In this document: positions 34,599 through 34,847 of the stretch, in pieces | Numbering within the stretch: position 1 is the first letter of the stretch | How the letters are laid out: every line of letters starts with the position of its first letter | DNA from: a virus | Lineage: Duplodnaviria > Caudoviricetes | IMG/VR virus record: IMGVR_UViG_3300025398_000053 | Span: 1 to 34,847 of that record | Length of the DNA: 34,847 bases | Direction: 5' to 3' (one strand) | The notes under the pieces: model-generated | Told to the model about the DNA's origin: nothing | The model's input: only the letters and a program-made list of their open reading frames with translations | The model's database searches: none | Program-made: the position numbers and the translations under genes

Positions 34599-34847
34599 GC
34601 TTTTTACTTAAATTGATTGGTGGTTTTGGTGGACAAGTTTACCTATATATTGCTCTTATATTCGGTGGGTTTAGTGCTGGCTATTATGTGGAGCATTTGC
34701 GCTTTGTGGATTACAAACAAGAAGTCCAAATTGCTGGAGAAAAACAACAGGCTGAAACGGCAGCAAAAATTAAGGAACAGGAATTAATTAATGAAAACAT
34801 TAAGCAAACTTACGAAGCTCGCCTTACTAATATCCATACTTTTTATA
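34595..34847 (+). CDS. Rz-like inner-membrane spanin, partial (runs off the right edge)
   Basis: Not in the ORF track. MSFLLKLIGGFGGQVYLYIALIFGGFSAGYYV... gives an N-terminal TM followed by a coiled coil, with an ATGA overlap. Confidence 0.65.
   Translation, partial: MSFLLKLIGGFGGQVYLYIALIFGGFSAGYYVEHLRFVDYKQEVQIAGEKQQAETAAKIKEQELINENIKQTYEARLTNIHTFY

Overview
The window is a large piece of a tailed dsDNA phage genome with a P22-like (podovirus-type) virion module and lambdoid gene order. From left to right: (1) a leftward early operon (1-3190) with small ORFs, a PD-(D/E)XK exonuclease, an SSB-like protein and a Sak/DUF1071-type annealing protein; (2) back-to-back sigma70-type promoters with a Cro-like gene but no CI repressor; (3) a rightward replication/nin-like region with a DUF1376 initiator, a Mom-like DNA modification enzyme, a Ref-like nuclease and a VRR-NUC nuclease, interrupted by an inverted metallophosphoesterase plus SprT-like protease pair; (4) a late region with a GroES homologue, small basic proteins, terminase subunits split by an adenine methyltransferase, portal, scaffold, coat, a long repetitive fibre, three short fibre/chaperone pairs, gp4- and gp10-like tail proteins, a cupin plus 2OG-Fe(II) hydroxylase pair, ejection proteins, two HNH endonucleases and the start of the lysis cassette. 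No integrase, tRNA, rRNA, CRISPR array or endolysin was seen. The most notable unexplained signals are two small structured RNA candidates ending in stem+ACCUUU (C4/CI antisense-like), a recurring TGTTG-N8-CAACA palindrome at promoters, and two HNH genes whose 3' ends duplicate the preceding gene's C-terminus in recoded form. All calls come from reading motifs and synteny by eye; no searches were run.
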